Origin: a virus
Lineage: Duplodnaviria > Caudoviricetes
Strand: one strand, 5' to 3'
DNA length: 64,000 nt
Virus record (IMG/VR): IMGVR_UViG_3300042562_000678
Location: 607 to 64,606 of that record
Below are positions 1 through 10,080 of this stretch, one piece after another. The first letter of the stretch is position 1; the number at the start of each line of letters is the position of its first letter. The notes under the pieces are model-generated. The model had not been told where the DNA came from. It worked only from the letters and a program-made list of their open reading frames with translations, and ran no database searches. The position numbers and the translations under genes are program-made.

Positions 1-22
1 AATAGGCTCCCTCGTCTCGCAA

Positions 23-370
23 ATGGTTCGCAACAAAATGGTGAGCACCAACGAGGTGGGCAACCTCGAAGCAAAACGCGTTTACTACAAGCCCTTGGTC
101 AGCGGAACCAAGAGAAAAGAGATGAACAAGAAGCTGGGCATAGCCCGCGACAAGCCCAAAGCCACAAAGCCCAAGGCGCAAGGCATCGCCGCGCTGGCTC
201 CCGAGCCTACCCAGGATATAGACAAGGGCCGAGAAGCGCTGGATAGGGTGCTGGCCAAGCCTGTGCTTGAAGCGCGTGCTGTGTACGATGCGCTGTGCCT
301 GTTGCGTGGCCTGGATGTGGGGGACGCCCGCTATATGTACGCCGAGTTGCACAAACTGTTCGGGGGTTGA
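23..370 (+). CDS. hypothetical protein (may begin before the window)
   Basis: 115-aa ORF at the window edge, followed directly by tightly packed plus-strand ORFs. Confidence 0.6.
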   Translation: MVRNKMVSTNEVGNLEAKRVYYKPLVSGTKRKEMNKKLGIARDKPKATKPKAQGIAALAPEPTQDIDKGREALDRVLAKPVLEARAVYDALCLLRGLDVGDARYMYAELHKLFGG

Positions 371-493
371 ATGGAAACAATCGCAACAACAATTATCTTG
401 GGGTTCATAGGTGTGGTGGTTGCTGGCCTTGTGCTGGTAGCACTGATGCACCTGTGGTTCTGGATGGATGAGAACGAAAGGGGGGATAGATGA
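371..493 (+). CDS. small membrane protein
   Basis: Read manually: METIATTIILGFIGVVVAGLVLVALMHLWFWMDENERGDR, one hydrophobic helix, starts right after the previous stop. Confidence 0.5.
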   Translation: METIATTIILGFIGVVVAGLVLVALMHLWFWMDENERGDR

Positions 494-653
494 GAAAGAT
501 ATGGTTCACCACCGACGACTACGGCGATCTGATTCGGTTTGTTGTGACTGCCAGCGGTGTGCGCTTTTGGTATCCCGCAGTGGACAGGAAAACCCATGCG
601 CTGTTTGCGTCATGGGGTGATGTGGATGAATGGGGTTCACCCAAGGAGAGAAC

Positions 654-983
654 ATGAACATTGAAGAATTGAAGATGATTTTGGAGACGATCAACACCAC
701 CACGGGGTTGGCTAAAGACATGGGCACAACATGGGTTTGGTTGCACTACGGGTTCAAGGCGTTGGAGGGATTTGCTTGGCTTGTTGGCATTGCTATGGTT
801 ATATATAGCGTTTACCGGATGATGAGAATGATGAGCAACGCTGACATAGACACCGCATTCATGCGGTCATGCCGAGATAAGCTGGGCATTGGTAGCACTG
901 GAATTATGACGGAGGCAGAGCATTACGCAACGACCACCAAGATCATGGAGTTGATTGACCAACACAGGCGGGAGCAGAAATGA
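654..983 (+). CDS. hypothetical membrane protein
   Basis: GGAGAG SD before ATG654; hydrophobic segment FAWLVGIAMVIYSVY; ATGA overlap with the next gene. Confidence 0.6.
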   Translation: MNIEELKMILETINTTTGLAKDMGTTWVWLHYGFKALEGFAWLVGIAMVIYSVYRMMRMMSNADIDTAFMRSCRDKLGIGSTGIMTEAEHYATTTKIMELIDQHRREQK

Positions 984-1231
984 AAGACCCAGAAGACGAA
1001 GCATTTGAGAAGTTGGCCTTGAAGCAGGGCCAATGGGAACACACCAGCGGCTGGCGCAAGAAGCAGATCGCACACATGGATGTCCACTCACACCCCGCAG
1101 AGTTTGTACACCTGCACCGCAACGACACCATCGAAGAGGTAGCACAGCATCTGGAAACAAAATTCACAGGGCCGTTCGGTCGTGACACAGTGCAGTCGTT
1201 CGCAACATTTGTTAGGAGCATGAAGAAATGA
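980..1231 (+). CDS. hypothetical phage protein
   Basis: ATGA-coupled on both sides; RNDTIEEVA motif common in small phage proteins. Confidence 0.65.
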   Translation: MKDPEDEAFEKLALKQGQWEHTSGWRKKQIAHMDVHSHPAEFVHLHRNDTIEEVAQHLETKFTGPFGRDTVQSFATFVRSMKK

Positions 1232-1470
1232 ACAACCCACCAGCATTTCCAGGCAAACAAAAAGCACTGCTCATAAAGTCTGAACATTCAGACATTGCCA
1301 AAGAATATGAGATTGACCAAAACGGCATGACCCTGCGCGATTACTTTGCGGCAAAGGCGATGCAAGGACTGCTGTCAGACCCTGACTGGCGGCAGGACAT
1401 GGACTTTGAAGAAACGGCCCACGCCGCATACAAACAAGCAGACGCAATGCTGAAAGCGAGGGAAGCATGA
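1228..1470 (+). CDS. conserved phage protein (GMTLRDYFAAKAMQG family)
   Basis: Recognisable motif GMTLRDYFAAKAMQG...AYxxADAMLKAR. Confidence 0.75.
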   Translation: MNNPPAFPGKQKALLIKSEHSDIAKEYEIDQNGMTLRDYFAAKAMQGLLSDPDWRQDMDFEETAHAAYKQADAMLKAREA

Positions 1471-1691
1471 AATACAGAAAGAAACCAGTGGTCATTGAGG
1501 CCACCCAGTGGTTCAAGATGGGCGACCACCCTGCGGTCTTTATGGGGAGGCTTGGAATTCTTCCGCTTATCGAAACGCTTGAAGGTCTTCACACAGTCAC
1601 CCCCGGCGACTGGATCATCACTGGCGTGAAGGGCGAACACTACCCTTGCAAGCCCGACATTTTTGAGATGACTTATGAGGTGGCTGAATGA
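1467..1691 (+). CDS. conserved phage protein (KYRKKPVVIEA...PGDWII family)
   Basis: Motifs YRKKPVVIEA, TLEG, PGDWIITGVKGEHYPCKPDIF. Confidence 0.75.
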   Translation: MKYRKKPVVIEATQWFKMGDHPAVFMGRLGILPLIETLEGLHTVTPGDWIITGVKGEHYPCKPDIFEMTYEVAE

Positions 1692-2598
1692 CACCGCCCG
1701 TGAAAAACTATGTTCCTCTTGTGCCAGACCACAGACTGGTGGAAGTCATTCGAGGGTATATATCAGAGCGCTCAGACGAAACAACTCGGCCCGATCTCAA
1801 CAATGAACACAACTTATTGGAATTGGCAAGGCTTATCACCGATGAGTGCCAAGCAAGAATCCCATTGTGGGAATTGGAGAAAAACGCATGACCCCAACAC
1901 CACGACTGCGCTTTGTTGAGCGCGACAGTTATTCACGCAACGGTGAGCATTTTCGTGAGCCGCACAAAGTCCGCATCCTCCAGCAATGGTGGGAAGTCGG
2001 AAATATAAAGCTGGCAATTCATGTTACCGACAAAGACGGAAACACTTTGCCATCACCCAATCGTGGCGAATGGCGTGATGTACCACTGGAGAAAGAAGCA
2101 TGAGCAAAGAAGAAGCACTCGCCATAATCAAACTGTTGTCGGCATTGGAGTCATGGGCATTCAGTACAAAAACCATGCTCCCCGACTATTTGCACGATGA
2201 CCTTTGTGTGGCGGTAAAAAAACTTGAAAACATTGTTTTGGAGAAGAACACATGACCGATGAAAAACCAGCACCTCGCCCCTGCCAATCATGGTGGGATT
2301 GGTATTTGTCACCGCCAGAAAACTGGAATGAAAAATACGGGGATGCGTTTGTCTGGACGGCGCAAGAAAAAGCATTGATGCAACAACTCAAGGAAAACAA
2401 TAAATGAACGCAAAAGACGAACTTACCAAGCTACTCATGGAAAGCTATGACCGAGGGGTTAAAGACGGGCTTCAAACAATCCTGCAACTCATCAAGGAAC
2501 TGCGCCCTGCGATCAGCCCGATGGAGGGGCTGGGCAAGGCCAAGACCACACATGAGTGGTTCGACATTTTGGTTAAAGACATTGAGGAGAAAATATGA
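1688..2598 (+). CDS. run of about five small translationally coupled hypothetical genes (1688-1891, ~1888-2103, two ~50-aa ORFs at ~2100-2403, 2404-2598)
   Basis: ATGA/TAAATG-type couplings and SD-like sequences; no recognisable domains. Confidence 0.5.
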
Positions 2599-2743
2599 AA
2601 GCAAGACAAGTATTTCAAGCACTGATGTCCTCAAAGGGATACACCCATGCTGATTTACACATGACAGGCGACAAGTACACCAATCCAGCCATGCAGGGCA
2701 GGTGGAATTATTTCCTGGCAGGTTGGGAAATGAGAGGTGTACT

Positions 2744-3499
2744 GTGATTTTTCTATTCAAGAAACGCAAGCTGGTGATCGACATGCTCACCTGTCGGCAG
2801 ATGGTGTTCGATGCAGCCAAGCCCAAGGCAGCAGCCCACTTCTACCCGCAGTGGTGGAAGGATTTGAAGCTGGAGATACCCATCCAGAACAGTCTGTTTC
2901 CCACTGCCACCATGAAGCGGTGCATGGGTCTGGTCGATCACTACAAGCACGGCATCGTTCAACCGCTGTGGTCTGACTACACGCTGGAAGTGGGCGCTGT
3001 TGGTGACCCATTCTGGCAAGGTCAATTCTCTGACAGCACGAGCACCATGAGCCAGCACCCTGCGATACTGCGCGGTTCGTTTGCGCCCGAGTCCCACTAC
3101 TGCCACATGAAGTTCGACAACCCCTGGGTCACAAGCTGTAAAGAGGATGTTTACTTCAAGTGGGAGCAGCCGACATGGAGTATGCCAAGCCTGTCCAGCT
3201 ACATCTTGTTGCCAGGAACGACTGAGTTCAAGTACCAGTACTCCATGAATGTGAACGTGCTGTTCATCAAGGGGGCAACCAAGACCACGCACCGCTTGAA
3301 GTTTGGCCAGCCGTTGGTACACCTGACGCCGTTGACCGAGCGCCCGATTGATCTGCGGCATCACATGGTTACGAGGGAGGAGTACAACAAGTACATGCAA
3401 GGCGAGAAGCTGAGTAACGTCAACCGCTACCGCGATTACCGCAGGGTGCGCGAGTCCGAGGAAAGCAAATGCCCGTTTGGGTTTGGGGGAAAGACATGA
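2744..3499 (+). CDS. hypothetical protein, possible dUTPase-like beta-fold (TMKRC family)
   Basis: GAGAGG SD before GTG2744; motifs PQWWK, TMKRC, KFDNPW, ILLPG, GQPLVHLTP resemble a family seen in aquatic phages. Confidence 0.55.
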   Translation: MIFLFKKRKLVIDMLTCRQMVFDAAKPKAAAHFYPQWWKDLKLEIPIQNSLFPTATMKRCMGLVDHYKHGIVQPLWSDYTLEVGAVGDPFWQGQFSDSTSTMSQHPAILRGSFAPESHYCHMKFDNPWVTSCKEDVYFKWEQPTWSMPSLSSYILLPGTTEFKYQYSMNVNVLFIKGATKTTHRLKFGQPLVHLTPLTERPIDLRHHMVTREEYNKYMQGEKLSNVNRYRDYRRVRESEESKCPFGFGGKT

Positions 3500-3741
3500 G
3501 CAAATGGGATGACCACAAAGGCAAGGGCAATACCGCCTTCAATATGCTGGCGCAAGCCAGTGACGTTGCGAAGCTGACACGCGAGACCAACACCTGGATG
3601 CACAGCCGGGGAAAGATGTGCTGGAAATGCCAGAAACAGTCCGTGCCAGAAAAGGGGTGCATCGTAAATCTACAGATGGGGCTTCACAAATACGTGTGCA
3701 AGCCCTGCGTTGACGCACGCAAAGCAAAGGAAGCCACATGA
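3496..3741 (+). CDS. putative zinc-finger protein
   Basis: CWKC...CKPC pair. Confidence 0.6.
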   Translation: MSKWDDHKGKGNTAFNMLAQASDVAKLTRETNTWMHSRGKMCWKCQKQSVPEKGCIVNLQMGLHKYVCKPCVDARKAKEAT

Positions 3742-3959
3742 CAAAAGATGAAGAATTAAAAGCGCTGATTGAAGACCTGCGCTTAAACCACGAGTACTGC
3801 CCCAAAGAAGTTATCTTGCAAGCTGCCGATGAATTGGAAAGACTGCAACGGGGGGTTGAGTCTTTGTACGACAGGTACATGCAGGTGTGCCGACAGCGTG
3901 AGGAGTTGCTGGACACGCAAAGGTCTATGGTCGAGGCCATGAGGGGGAGAATTCAATGA
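3738..3959 (+). CDS. hypothetical coiled-coil protein
   Basis: ATGA-coupled; AADELERL motif. Confidence 0.6.
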   Translation: MTKDEELKALIEDLRLNHEYCPKEVILQAADELERLQRGVESLYDRYMQVCRQREELLDTQRSMVEAMRGRIQ

Positions 3960-4177
3960 AGGGCGGCGCAAGGCCGGGGAGTGGGCGCAAGCCCACACTG
4001 ATTGATGAGCGCCGAACACTGGTGCTGCACAGCCAGGGCGTGTCGATGCGTGAGATTGCCGAGCGATTTGGTGTTAGCCTTCAGGCCATCAAATACTTTT
4101 TCAAGAAACGAAGGAAGCAACATGGCCATGACCCCCGAAGCCAAAGTCAAGAAGGCAGTCAAGCGACTGCTCGATGA
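3956..4177 (+). CDS. HTH DNA-binding protein
   Basis: GGARPGSGRKP arm followed by GVSMREIAERFGVSLQAI helix-turn-helix. Confidence 0.7.
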   Translation: MKGGARPGSGRKPTLIDERRTLVLHSQGVSMREIAERFGVSLQAIKYFFKKRRKQHGHDPRSQSQEGSQATAR

Positions 4178-4421
4178 CAACGCGGTGTACCACTTCTCGC
4201 CTGTGCAAAACGGCATGGGCAGGGCTGGCATACCAGACATCATCTGCTGTTACTTTGGCACGTTCATCGCCATCGAGTGCAAGGCGGGCAACGGCAAGAC
4301 CACCGCGCTGCAAGACATGGAGCTGGCCAAGATACAGCAGGCCGGGGGGACGGCACTGGTTATCAACGAGGAGAACATTGAATTGGTAAAACAAACTTTA
4401 AAGGAACTGCTATGCGAATAA
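4122..4421 (+). CDS. VRR-NUC / Holliday junction resolvase-like nuclease
   Basis: TPEAKVK...GIPDII...AIECKA...LQ...AGG PD-(D/E)XK signature. Confidence 0.85.
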   Translation: MAMTPEAKVKKAVKRLLDDNAVYHFSPVQNGMGRAGIPDIICCYFGTFIAIECKAGNGKTTALQDMELAKIQQAGGTALVINEENIELVKQTLKELLCE

Positions 4422-4687
4422 CACAAGAGGACATAGAACGCCGAGTGGCATCTATGACCGATGCCCAAAAGGACCACTTCAAAACGCTGGTGTACGCACT
4501 GCTCCAGTGCTACGCTGAGGACAAGCACGCTGCTGTCATTGTGCTGGGCGACTTAACTGACGAGACCGCCAGCGTGGTCACGGTCAACTGCAACGAGATG
4601 GATGCCGCCACGCTGCTGCTGGCAGCAGACAACTTCTTTAACTACATCAACATGCGTGAAGCACCACCCAAAGAGGCCATGAATTGA
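4412..4687 (+). CDS. hypothetical protein
   Basis: 91-aa ORF overlapping both neighbours. Confidence 0.6.
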   Translation: MRITQEDIERRVASMTDAQKDHFKTLVYALLQCYAEDKHAAVIVLGDLTDETASVVTVNCNEMDAATLLLAADNFFNYINMREAPPKEAMN

Positions 4688-6660
4688 GTAAACCATTTGA
4701 ACGCGCCATCGTGCTGGACTTTGAAACTGCCTGGGGGCGCGGCGTGAAGCTGGGCTTTTCTTGCCAGACCATGGAGGAGTACATACGCGACCCCCGCTTC
4801 AAGGCGTGGGGACTGTCTTGGAAAGAGCTTGGCGGCGAAGCACCCGCAGTATGGGTGACACGCAAGGACTTGCCTGAGTTCTTCAAGTCAATCGACTGGA
4901 GCACCACCGCTGTCATGGCACAAAACGCAGGGTTCGACGTGTCGATCATGGAGTGGCACTACGACGCACACCCAGCGTTCATCATGGACACGCTGTCTAT
5001 GGGCCGGGCACTGCGCGGTGTGGAGGTGGGCAACAGCTTGGCCAAGCTGGCCAAAGACCTGGGCCTGCCACCCAAGGGGGACGGGCTGTCGCCATCCGAG
5101 AACATACTGGACGAGCTGCCTGCGGATGTGGAGAACACACTGGCCGAGTATTGCTGCCATGACACATGGCTGTGTGAACAGATTTTCTTTGGTCTTGGCG
5201 GCTGGGACTACCCGAGGAAAGAACTTCAACTCATCGACATGACGCTCAAGATGTACACACGCCCCGTGTTGCAGCTTGACCAGCAGATGTTGATACAAGC
5301 ATTGACAGAGGAAGGAAACATACGTGAAGCGCTACTACAACGTCTTAACATCGATGAGTCTGAGCTTGCGTCAAACCCTAAGTTTGCGCAGATTCTTACA
5401 AACCTTGGCGTTACACCCCCGACAAAAATCAGTAAGACCACAGGTAAGCAAACGCTTGCCCTGGCAAAAAACGATGCGCTCTTCCAAGCCCTCCTCAATG
5501 GTTCGAACGAAGATGTTGCGCTCCTTTGCGAAGCGCGTCTCAAAGTTAAATCCACCACCGAGCGCACAAGGGCTCAGAGATTCCTTGACATTAGTCAACG
5601 CGGCCCCTTACCAGTCCCTCTCTCCTACTACGGTGCGCAGACTGGCAGGTGGACAGCGGCCAAGGGCAGTGCCATCAACATGCAAAACCTCAAGCGCGGT
5701 TCGTTCTTACGTAAAGCAATTATGGCTCCCGAGGGGTATCAACTCGTCGTTGGCGACTTATCGCAGATTGAACCGCGAGTGCTTGCATGGCTATCAGATT
5801 ACACAGATATGCTCGACATCTTCCGCGCTGGGGGTGACCCTTATGCCGCGTTCGGCGCTCAAATGTTTAACATACCAGGGCTTACCAAAGAGTCTCATCC
5901 AGACCTGCGCCAATCTGCAAAGTCAGCGCTACTCGGGTGCGGCTATGGTCTGGGCTGGTCGTCGTTCGCGTCACAGCTTCTTACGGGATTCCTTGGGGCT
6001 CCCCCGGTTCGCTACGAGAGGGCGTTCTCTAAAGCGTTGAACGTCAACAAGGACATGGCCGAGCGGTTCTTGGAGTGGTCCGAAACCGAGATCAAGCTAC
6101 GGGATATCCCGCACACCTGTACCTACGCGGAGTTGGTGCACCACGCCATTGCAGCCAAGCGCATCATCGACATCTACCGTGCCACCGCGTCTCCTGTTGT
6201 CTCATTCTGGGACATGTGCTCCAGCCTGTTGGTGTCGGCCCTGGTCAACGGCAAAGAACACACGCACAAGTGCTTGACATTCAGGAAGGGTGAAATAGAA
6301 TTGCCAAACGGGATGTGCTTGCGCTACCCCGATCTGCGTGAAGTCAAAGATGAAAAAGGTAGGAGCCAGTGGGTATACGGGCCAGACGCTACCAAGTTGT
6401 ATGCTGGAAAGATAACGAACAATGTGACCCAAGCTTTGGCGCGGGTGGTGATGACAGACGGAATGCTGCGGGTTGGTAAAAGATACCCCGTGGTTGGAAC
6501 GGTGCATGATGAGCTGATTGCGCTCGTGCCCGACAGTGAAGTGGAAGAAGCCAAGACTTGGGTCTTGGAACAAATGACAATGGAGCCGCGCTACATGCCC
6601 GGTGTCCCATTGTCCGCTGACGGTGGTGCTCACCGTAGATATGGAGAAGCAAAGAACTAA
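4684..6660 (+). CDS. polA: DNA polymerase family A (3'-5' exonuclease + polymerase)
   Basis: Exo I DFET, motif A DLSQIEPR, motif B RQSAKSALLGCGYG, motif C VHDE. Confidence 0.95.
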   Translation: MSKPFERAIVLDFETAWGRGVKLGFSCQTMEEYIRDPRFKAWGLSWKELGGEAPAVWVTRKDLPEFFKSIDWSTTAVMAQNAGFDVSIMEWHYDAHPAFIMDTLSMGRALRGVEVGNSLAKLAKDLGLPPKGDGLSPSENILDELPADVENTLAEYCCHDTWLCEQIFFGLGGWDYPRKELQLIDMTLKMYTRPVLQLDQQMLIQALTEEGNIREALLQRLNIDESELASNPKFAQILTNLGVTPPTKISKTTGKQTLALAKNDALFQALLNGSNEDVALLCEARLKVKSTTERTRAQRFLDISQRGPLPVPLSYYGAQTGRWTAAKGSAINMQNLKRGSFLRKAIMAPEGYQLVVGDLSQIEPRVLAWLSDYTDMLDIFRAGGDPYAAFGAQMFNIPGLTKESHPDLRQSAKSALLGCGYGLGWSSFASQLLTGFLGAPPVRYERAFSKALNVNKDMAERFLEWSETEIKLRDIPHTCTYAELVHHAIAAKRIIDIYRATASPVVSFWDMCSSLLVSALVNGKEHTHKCLTFRKGEIELPNGMCLRYPDLREVKDEKGRSQWVYGPDATKLYAGKITNNVTQALARVVMTDGMLRVGKRYPVVGTVHDELIALVPDSEVEEAKTWVLEQMTMEPRYMPGVPLSADGGAHRRYGEAKN

Positions 6661-6969
6661 ATGGAAATAACACTACCAAAGAAAGTAAAGGTAGGGGACA
6701 AGTGGTACAGCGTTGAAGTTGTCGAGGCCATGAAGGACAAAGACGACATGGGGCGCGTTCACTACCCCGAACAGAAAATAAAGATTGGTTTGCGAAACAA
6801 CCGAACCGGGCGCAAATTCTCGTCCGAGTCGGTCAAAGAAACTTTTTGGCACGAGCTGGTGCACGCCATCCTTGAGGACATGCGTGAACACAAACTCAAC
6901 AACCGAGAAGACTTTGTAGAAGGTTTTGCTGCCCGCCTTGCCATAGCCATAGAGACTGCGAGATTCTGA
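6661..6969 (+). CDS. putative zincin metallopeptidase
   Basis: TFWHELVHAIL (HExxH) with downstream E (NREDFV). Confidence 0.7.
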   Translation: MEITLPKKVKVGDKWYSVEVVEAMKDKDDMGRVHYPEQKIKIGLRNNRTGRKFSSESVKETFWHELVHAILEDMREHKLNNREDFVEGFAARLAIAIETARF

Positions 6970-7634
6970 TGAAGCCTGTAACGTGGAGCCACAGCGCTCT
7001 TAAAAACTTTGAGGGATGCCCCCGCAGATACCACGAGGTAACCGTGCTCAACAACTTCCCATTTCAGGAGACTGAGGCAACACGCTACGGCACAAGCTTT
7101 CACACAGCGGCGGAAGTCTACATTCGGGACGGCACACCGTTGCCCCCTGAGTTTGATTACGCCAGGGGAGCGCTTGATGTATTGATGGCCATGCCGGGCA
7201 GGAAGCTGTGTGAGTATGAGATGGGCATCACCCCGGACTTGCAGCCGTGCTCCTTCAACGAACCCAAGCGGTGGGTCAGGGGCATTGCCGACTTGCTCAT
7301 CATTGATGACGACAACCTGACAGCGCGGGTGGTTGACTACAAAACAGGCAACAACAAGTACCCAGACCGAGACCAGCTAAAGCTCATGTCCCTCATGGTG
7401 TTCAAGCACTTCCCCCACATACGCAAGGTCAGTTCGGCGTTGTTATTTGTGGTGAAAAATGATATGGTCAAGCACAGCATGACCGTGGAAGAGGCCGATG
7501 CTGAGTGGTGGAATTACCGTGAGCGCGTAGCCAGACTTGAAGCGTGCTTCGCTTCAAATACCTGGAACCCCAAGTCCTCTGGCTTGTGCCCGTGGTGTCC
7601 TGTGAAATCTTGTGAATACAACCCGAAACATTGA
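6969..7634 (+). CDS. PD-(D/E)XK exonuclease (Cas4/RecB-like)
   Basis: CPRRY, GTSFH, GIADL, VVDYKTG, QL, C-terminal CPWCPVKSC. Confidence 0.85.
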   Translation: MKPVTWSHSALKNFEGCPRRYHEVTVLNNFPFQETEATRYGTSFHTAAEVYIRDGTPLPPEFDYARGALDVLMAMPGRKLCEYEMGITPDLQPCSFNEPKRWVRGIADLLIIDDDNLTARVVDYKTGNNKYPDRDQLKLMSLMVFKHFPHIRKVSSALLFVVKNDMVKHSMTVEEADAEWWNYRERVARLEACFASNTWNPKSSGLCPWCPVKSCEYNPKH

Positions 7635-7645
7635 AAGGAACATTC

Positions 7646-7906
7646 ATGCCTTACAAAAACCCAAAAGACCGCGACACCTATCCCGCGTATGCGCAAAAAC
7701 CAGCCGTCATTAAAAAGCGTGCCGAGCGAAACAAAGCCCGCGCCATGCTGATGAAAGAGGGTCTGGTGCACAAGGGCGATGGCATGGATGTCGATCACAA
7801 GAAGCCTGTAGATAAAGGCGGCAAGACGGTGCGCAGCAACCTCAGAGTTAAACCCGCATCTGCCAACCGCACTTTTGACAGGACAAAAAACCACTCAGTT
7901 AAATAA
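7646..7906 (+). CDS. HNH endonuclease-like protein
   Basis: DVDHKKP..KGG....NLR.....NR. Confidence 0.75.
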   Translation: MPYKNPKDRDTYPAYAQKPAVIKKRAERNKARAMLMKEGLVHKGDGMDVDHKKPVDKGGKTVRSNLRVKPASANRTFDRTKNHSVK

Positions 7907-7919
7907 CCGGGAGAAGCAA

Positions 7920-8030
7920 ATGACATTTGAGAAATGGTGGGAGACCCTCACAGTCGCAGAGCAAAAGCTCATAGGCTACAACGTAGCCCGATTCGTTTGG
8001 GAACAAGCCCTGGCGCTAGGAAAAAAATAA
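7920..8030 (+). CDS. small hypothetical protein (MTFEKWW...)
   Basis: 36 codons read manually, preceded by GGAGAAGCAAATG. Confidence 0.5.
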   Translation: MTFEKWWETLTVAEQKLIGYNVARFVWEQALALGKK

Positions 8031-8043
8031 ACTCGAGAAGCAA

Positions 8044-9603
8044 ATGCAAATCATAGAAGACAAAGCACTACTGTTCACTACCCGCAACCCCCAGAAGTAC
8101 AGCATCATCCCCAAGTCCAAAGTCATGCCCCGCGCTGATGGTGGCTTTGATGTTGCCGTCTACTGGGGGCTGGATGAAGCGCGTGTGTTGAAGAACCTTG
8201 GCGTCAAAGATGTACCCTCGCCCATCATGCGGCGCTACGCTTGGCCCGGTAGGTACAAGCCCATGGCGCACCAGAAAGAAACCGCCGCATTTCTGACCAT
8301 GCACCGCAAGGCGTTTGTGTTTTCCGAACCAGGCACAGGCAAGACGCTCTCCGCATTGTGGGCAGCAGACTACTTGATGCAGCGCGGAGACATTCGCCGG
8401 GTATTGGTGCTGTGCCCACTGTCGATCATGCAGTCCGCATGGCTGGCAGACTTGAACAGCAGCGTCATCCATCGCTCTGCCATCATCGCGCACCACGCGC
8501 AGGCTAGCCGCCGCATCGAGATGATTCAGCAAGACTACGAATTTGTAATTGCCAACTACGATGGGCTGAACCTGGTTGCGTCTGAGATCGTCAATGACGG
8601 GCGCTTTGATCTGGTGATCGTTGACGAAGCCAACGCATACAAGACCGTGACCACCAAGCGCTGGAAAGCGCTCAAGTCCATACTCAGGGCCGACACCCAT
8701 GTGTGGATGATGACAGGCACACCAGCGTCTCAGTCCCCTGCTGACGCGTATGGGCTGGCCAAGATCGTCAACCCCGATGGAATCCCCCGCCTGTACACAG
8801 GCTGGCGCGACATGGTAATGAACAAGATCACCATGTACAAGTGGGCGCCAAAAGCCAACGCCCCCGATCTGGTGCACGAAGCCCTGCAACCCGCCATCCG
8901 CTACACCAAAGCGCAGTGCCTGGACTTGCCGCCTGTACTAACCACCACACGGCAAGTACCGCTGACCCCACAACAAGCCAAGTACTACAACCTCCTCAAA
9001 GACCGCATGCTTGTGCAAGCCGCAGGCGAGACGATCACCGCAGTCAATGCGGCGGCAGCACTGAGCAAGCTGCTTCAAATCAGTTGCGGTGCGGCATACA
9101 CAGACGAGAAGGAAGTCATTGAGTTTGATTCAGCGCCGCGTCTGGGTGTGTTGGAGGAGATACTCGAAGAGACCGACCGCAAGGTGCTTATCTTTGCGCT
9201 GTTTCGCAGCACCATCGACACCATCCAAACACACTTGCTCAAGCGCCACATAACCGCTGAGTGCATCCACGGCTCAGTCACACCACCCAAACGCGCTGAC
9301 ATCATCCGCCGCTTTCAAAACGAGCCTGACCCCCGCGTGTTGGTTATGCAGCCGCAGGCTACGGCACATGGGATTACCCTGACCGCTGCCGACACTGTTG
9401 TGTTCTACGGCCCGTTGATGAGCGTTGAGCAATACATCCAGTGCATAGCCCGTGCGGACCGCAAGGGGCAGAACTCAGACAAGGTGACAGTCATCCACAT
9501 CGAGGGTAGTCCCATCGAGAAAAAGATGTTCAAAGCCTTGGAGGGCAAAGTAAGCGACAACTTACTTTTGACCCAGATGTTTGATGCAGAAATAAATTCT
9601 TGA
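8044..9603 (+). CDS. SNF2-family (SF2) helicase
   Basis: EPGTGKT, IVDEA, MTGTP, GITLT, QCIARADRKGQ. Confidence 0.92.
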   Translation: MQIIEDKALLFTTRNPQKYSIIPKSKVMPRADGGFDVAVYWGLDEARVLKNLGVKDVPSPIMRRYAWPGRYKPMAHQKETAAFLTMHRKAFVFSEPGTGKTLSALWAADYLMQRGDIRRVLVLCPLSIMQSAWLADLNSSVIHRSAIIAHHAQASRRIEMIQQDYEFVIANYDGLNLVASEIVNDGRFDLVIVDEANAYKTVTTKRWKALKSILRADTHVWMMTGTPASQSPADAYGLAKIVNPDGIPRLYTGWRDMVMNKITMYKWAPKANAPDLVHEALQPAIRYTKAQCLDLPPVLTTTRQVPLTPQQAKYYNLLKDRMLVQAAGETITAVNAAAALSKLLQISCGAAYTDEKEVIEFDSAPRLGVLEEILEETDRKVLIFALFRSTIDTIQTHLLKRHITAECIHGSVTPPKRADIIRRFQNEPDPRVLVMQPQATAHGITLTAADTVVFYGPLMSVEQYIQCIARADRKGQNSDKVTVIHIEGSPIEKKMFKALEGKVSDNLLLTQMFDAEINS

Positions 9604-9609
9604 AAGGAG

Positions 9610-9652
9610 TTGCAAAAGAAAAAATACTGTGTACCATGTCCAACCTTAGACA
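9610..9652 (+). promoter_or_regulatory. putative sigma70 promoter with TGTC-N8-GACA operator
   Basis: TTGCAA-16-TACCAT overlapping TGTCCAACCTTAGACA (9637-9652). Confidence 0.45.
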
Positions 9653-9670
9653 AAAAAACAGGAGAAACAA

Positions 9671-10075
9671 TTGAGCGAAACCGCTGTACCACTCGACAGG
9701 CTTACGAAAATCTACCGTAAGATAAAAGCTGAGATCGACACCATGACGCAAGAGTACGACACCAAATTGGAGACACTCAAAGCGCAACAGGACGAGATCA
9801 AGTTTGCAATCAAAGACCAGATGAAGGCGCTTGGCGTCTCCACGGTCAAAACCCCCTTCGGCACCGTGAGCATGCGTACTTCAACGCGCTACTCAACACA
9901 AGACTGGGCATCGTTCAAGGAATTCATCCTTGAGCACAGTGTCGTGGACTTGTTAGAGAAGCGCATTGCACAAGGCAACATGCGCACGTTTCTTGAAGAA
10001 AACCCTGGGGTAGTTCCCCCAGGCTTGAACTCAGTCTCTGAGTTTCAAGTTGTCATAACCAAACCAACCAACTGA
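9671..10075 (+). CDS. conserved phage protein (coiled coil, Gam-like placement)
   Basis: N-terminal coiled coil; DW..F..FI....DLLEKRI, PPGLN motifs typical of this replication module. Confidence 0.7.
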   Translation: MSETAVPLDRLTKIYRKIKAEIDTMTQEYDTKLETLKAQQDEIKFAIKDQMKALGVSTVKTPFGTVSMRTSTRYSTQDWASFKEFILEHSVVDLLEKRIAQGNMRTFLEENPGVVPPGLNSVSEFQVVITKPTN

Positions 10076-10080
10076 CCATC

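Noticed and set aside
6969-7634. Cas4-like nuclease as a CRISPR component
   Set aside because: It is a standalone phage exonuclease inside the replication module, with no array or other cas genes
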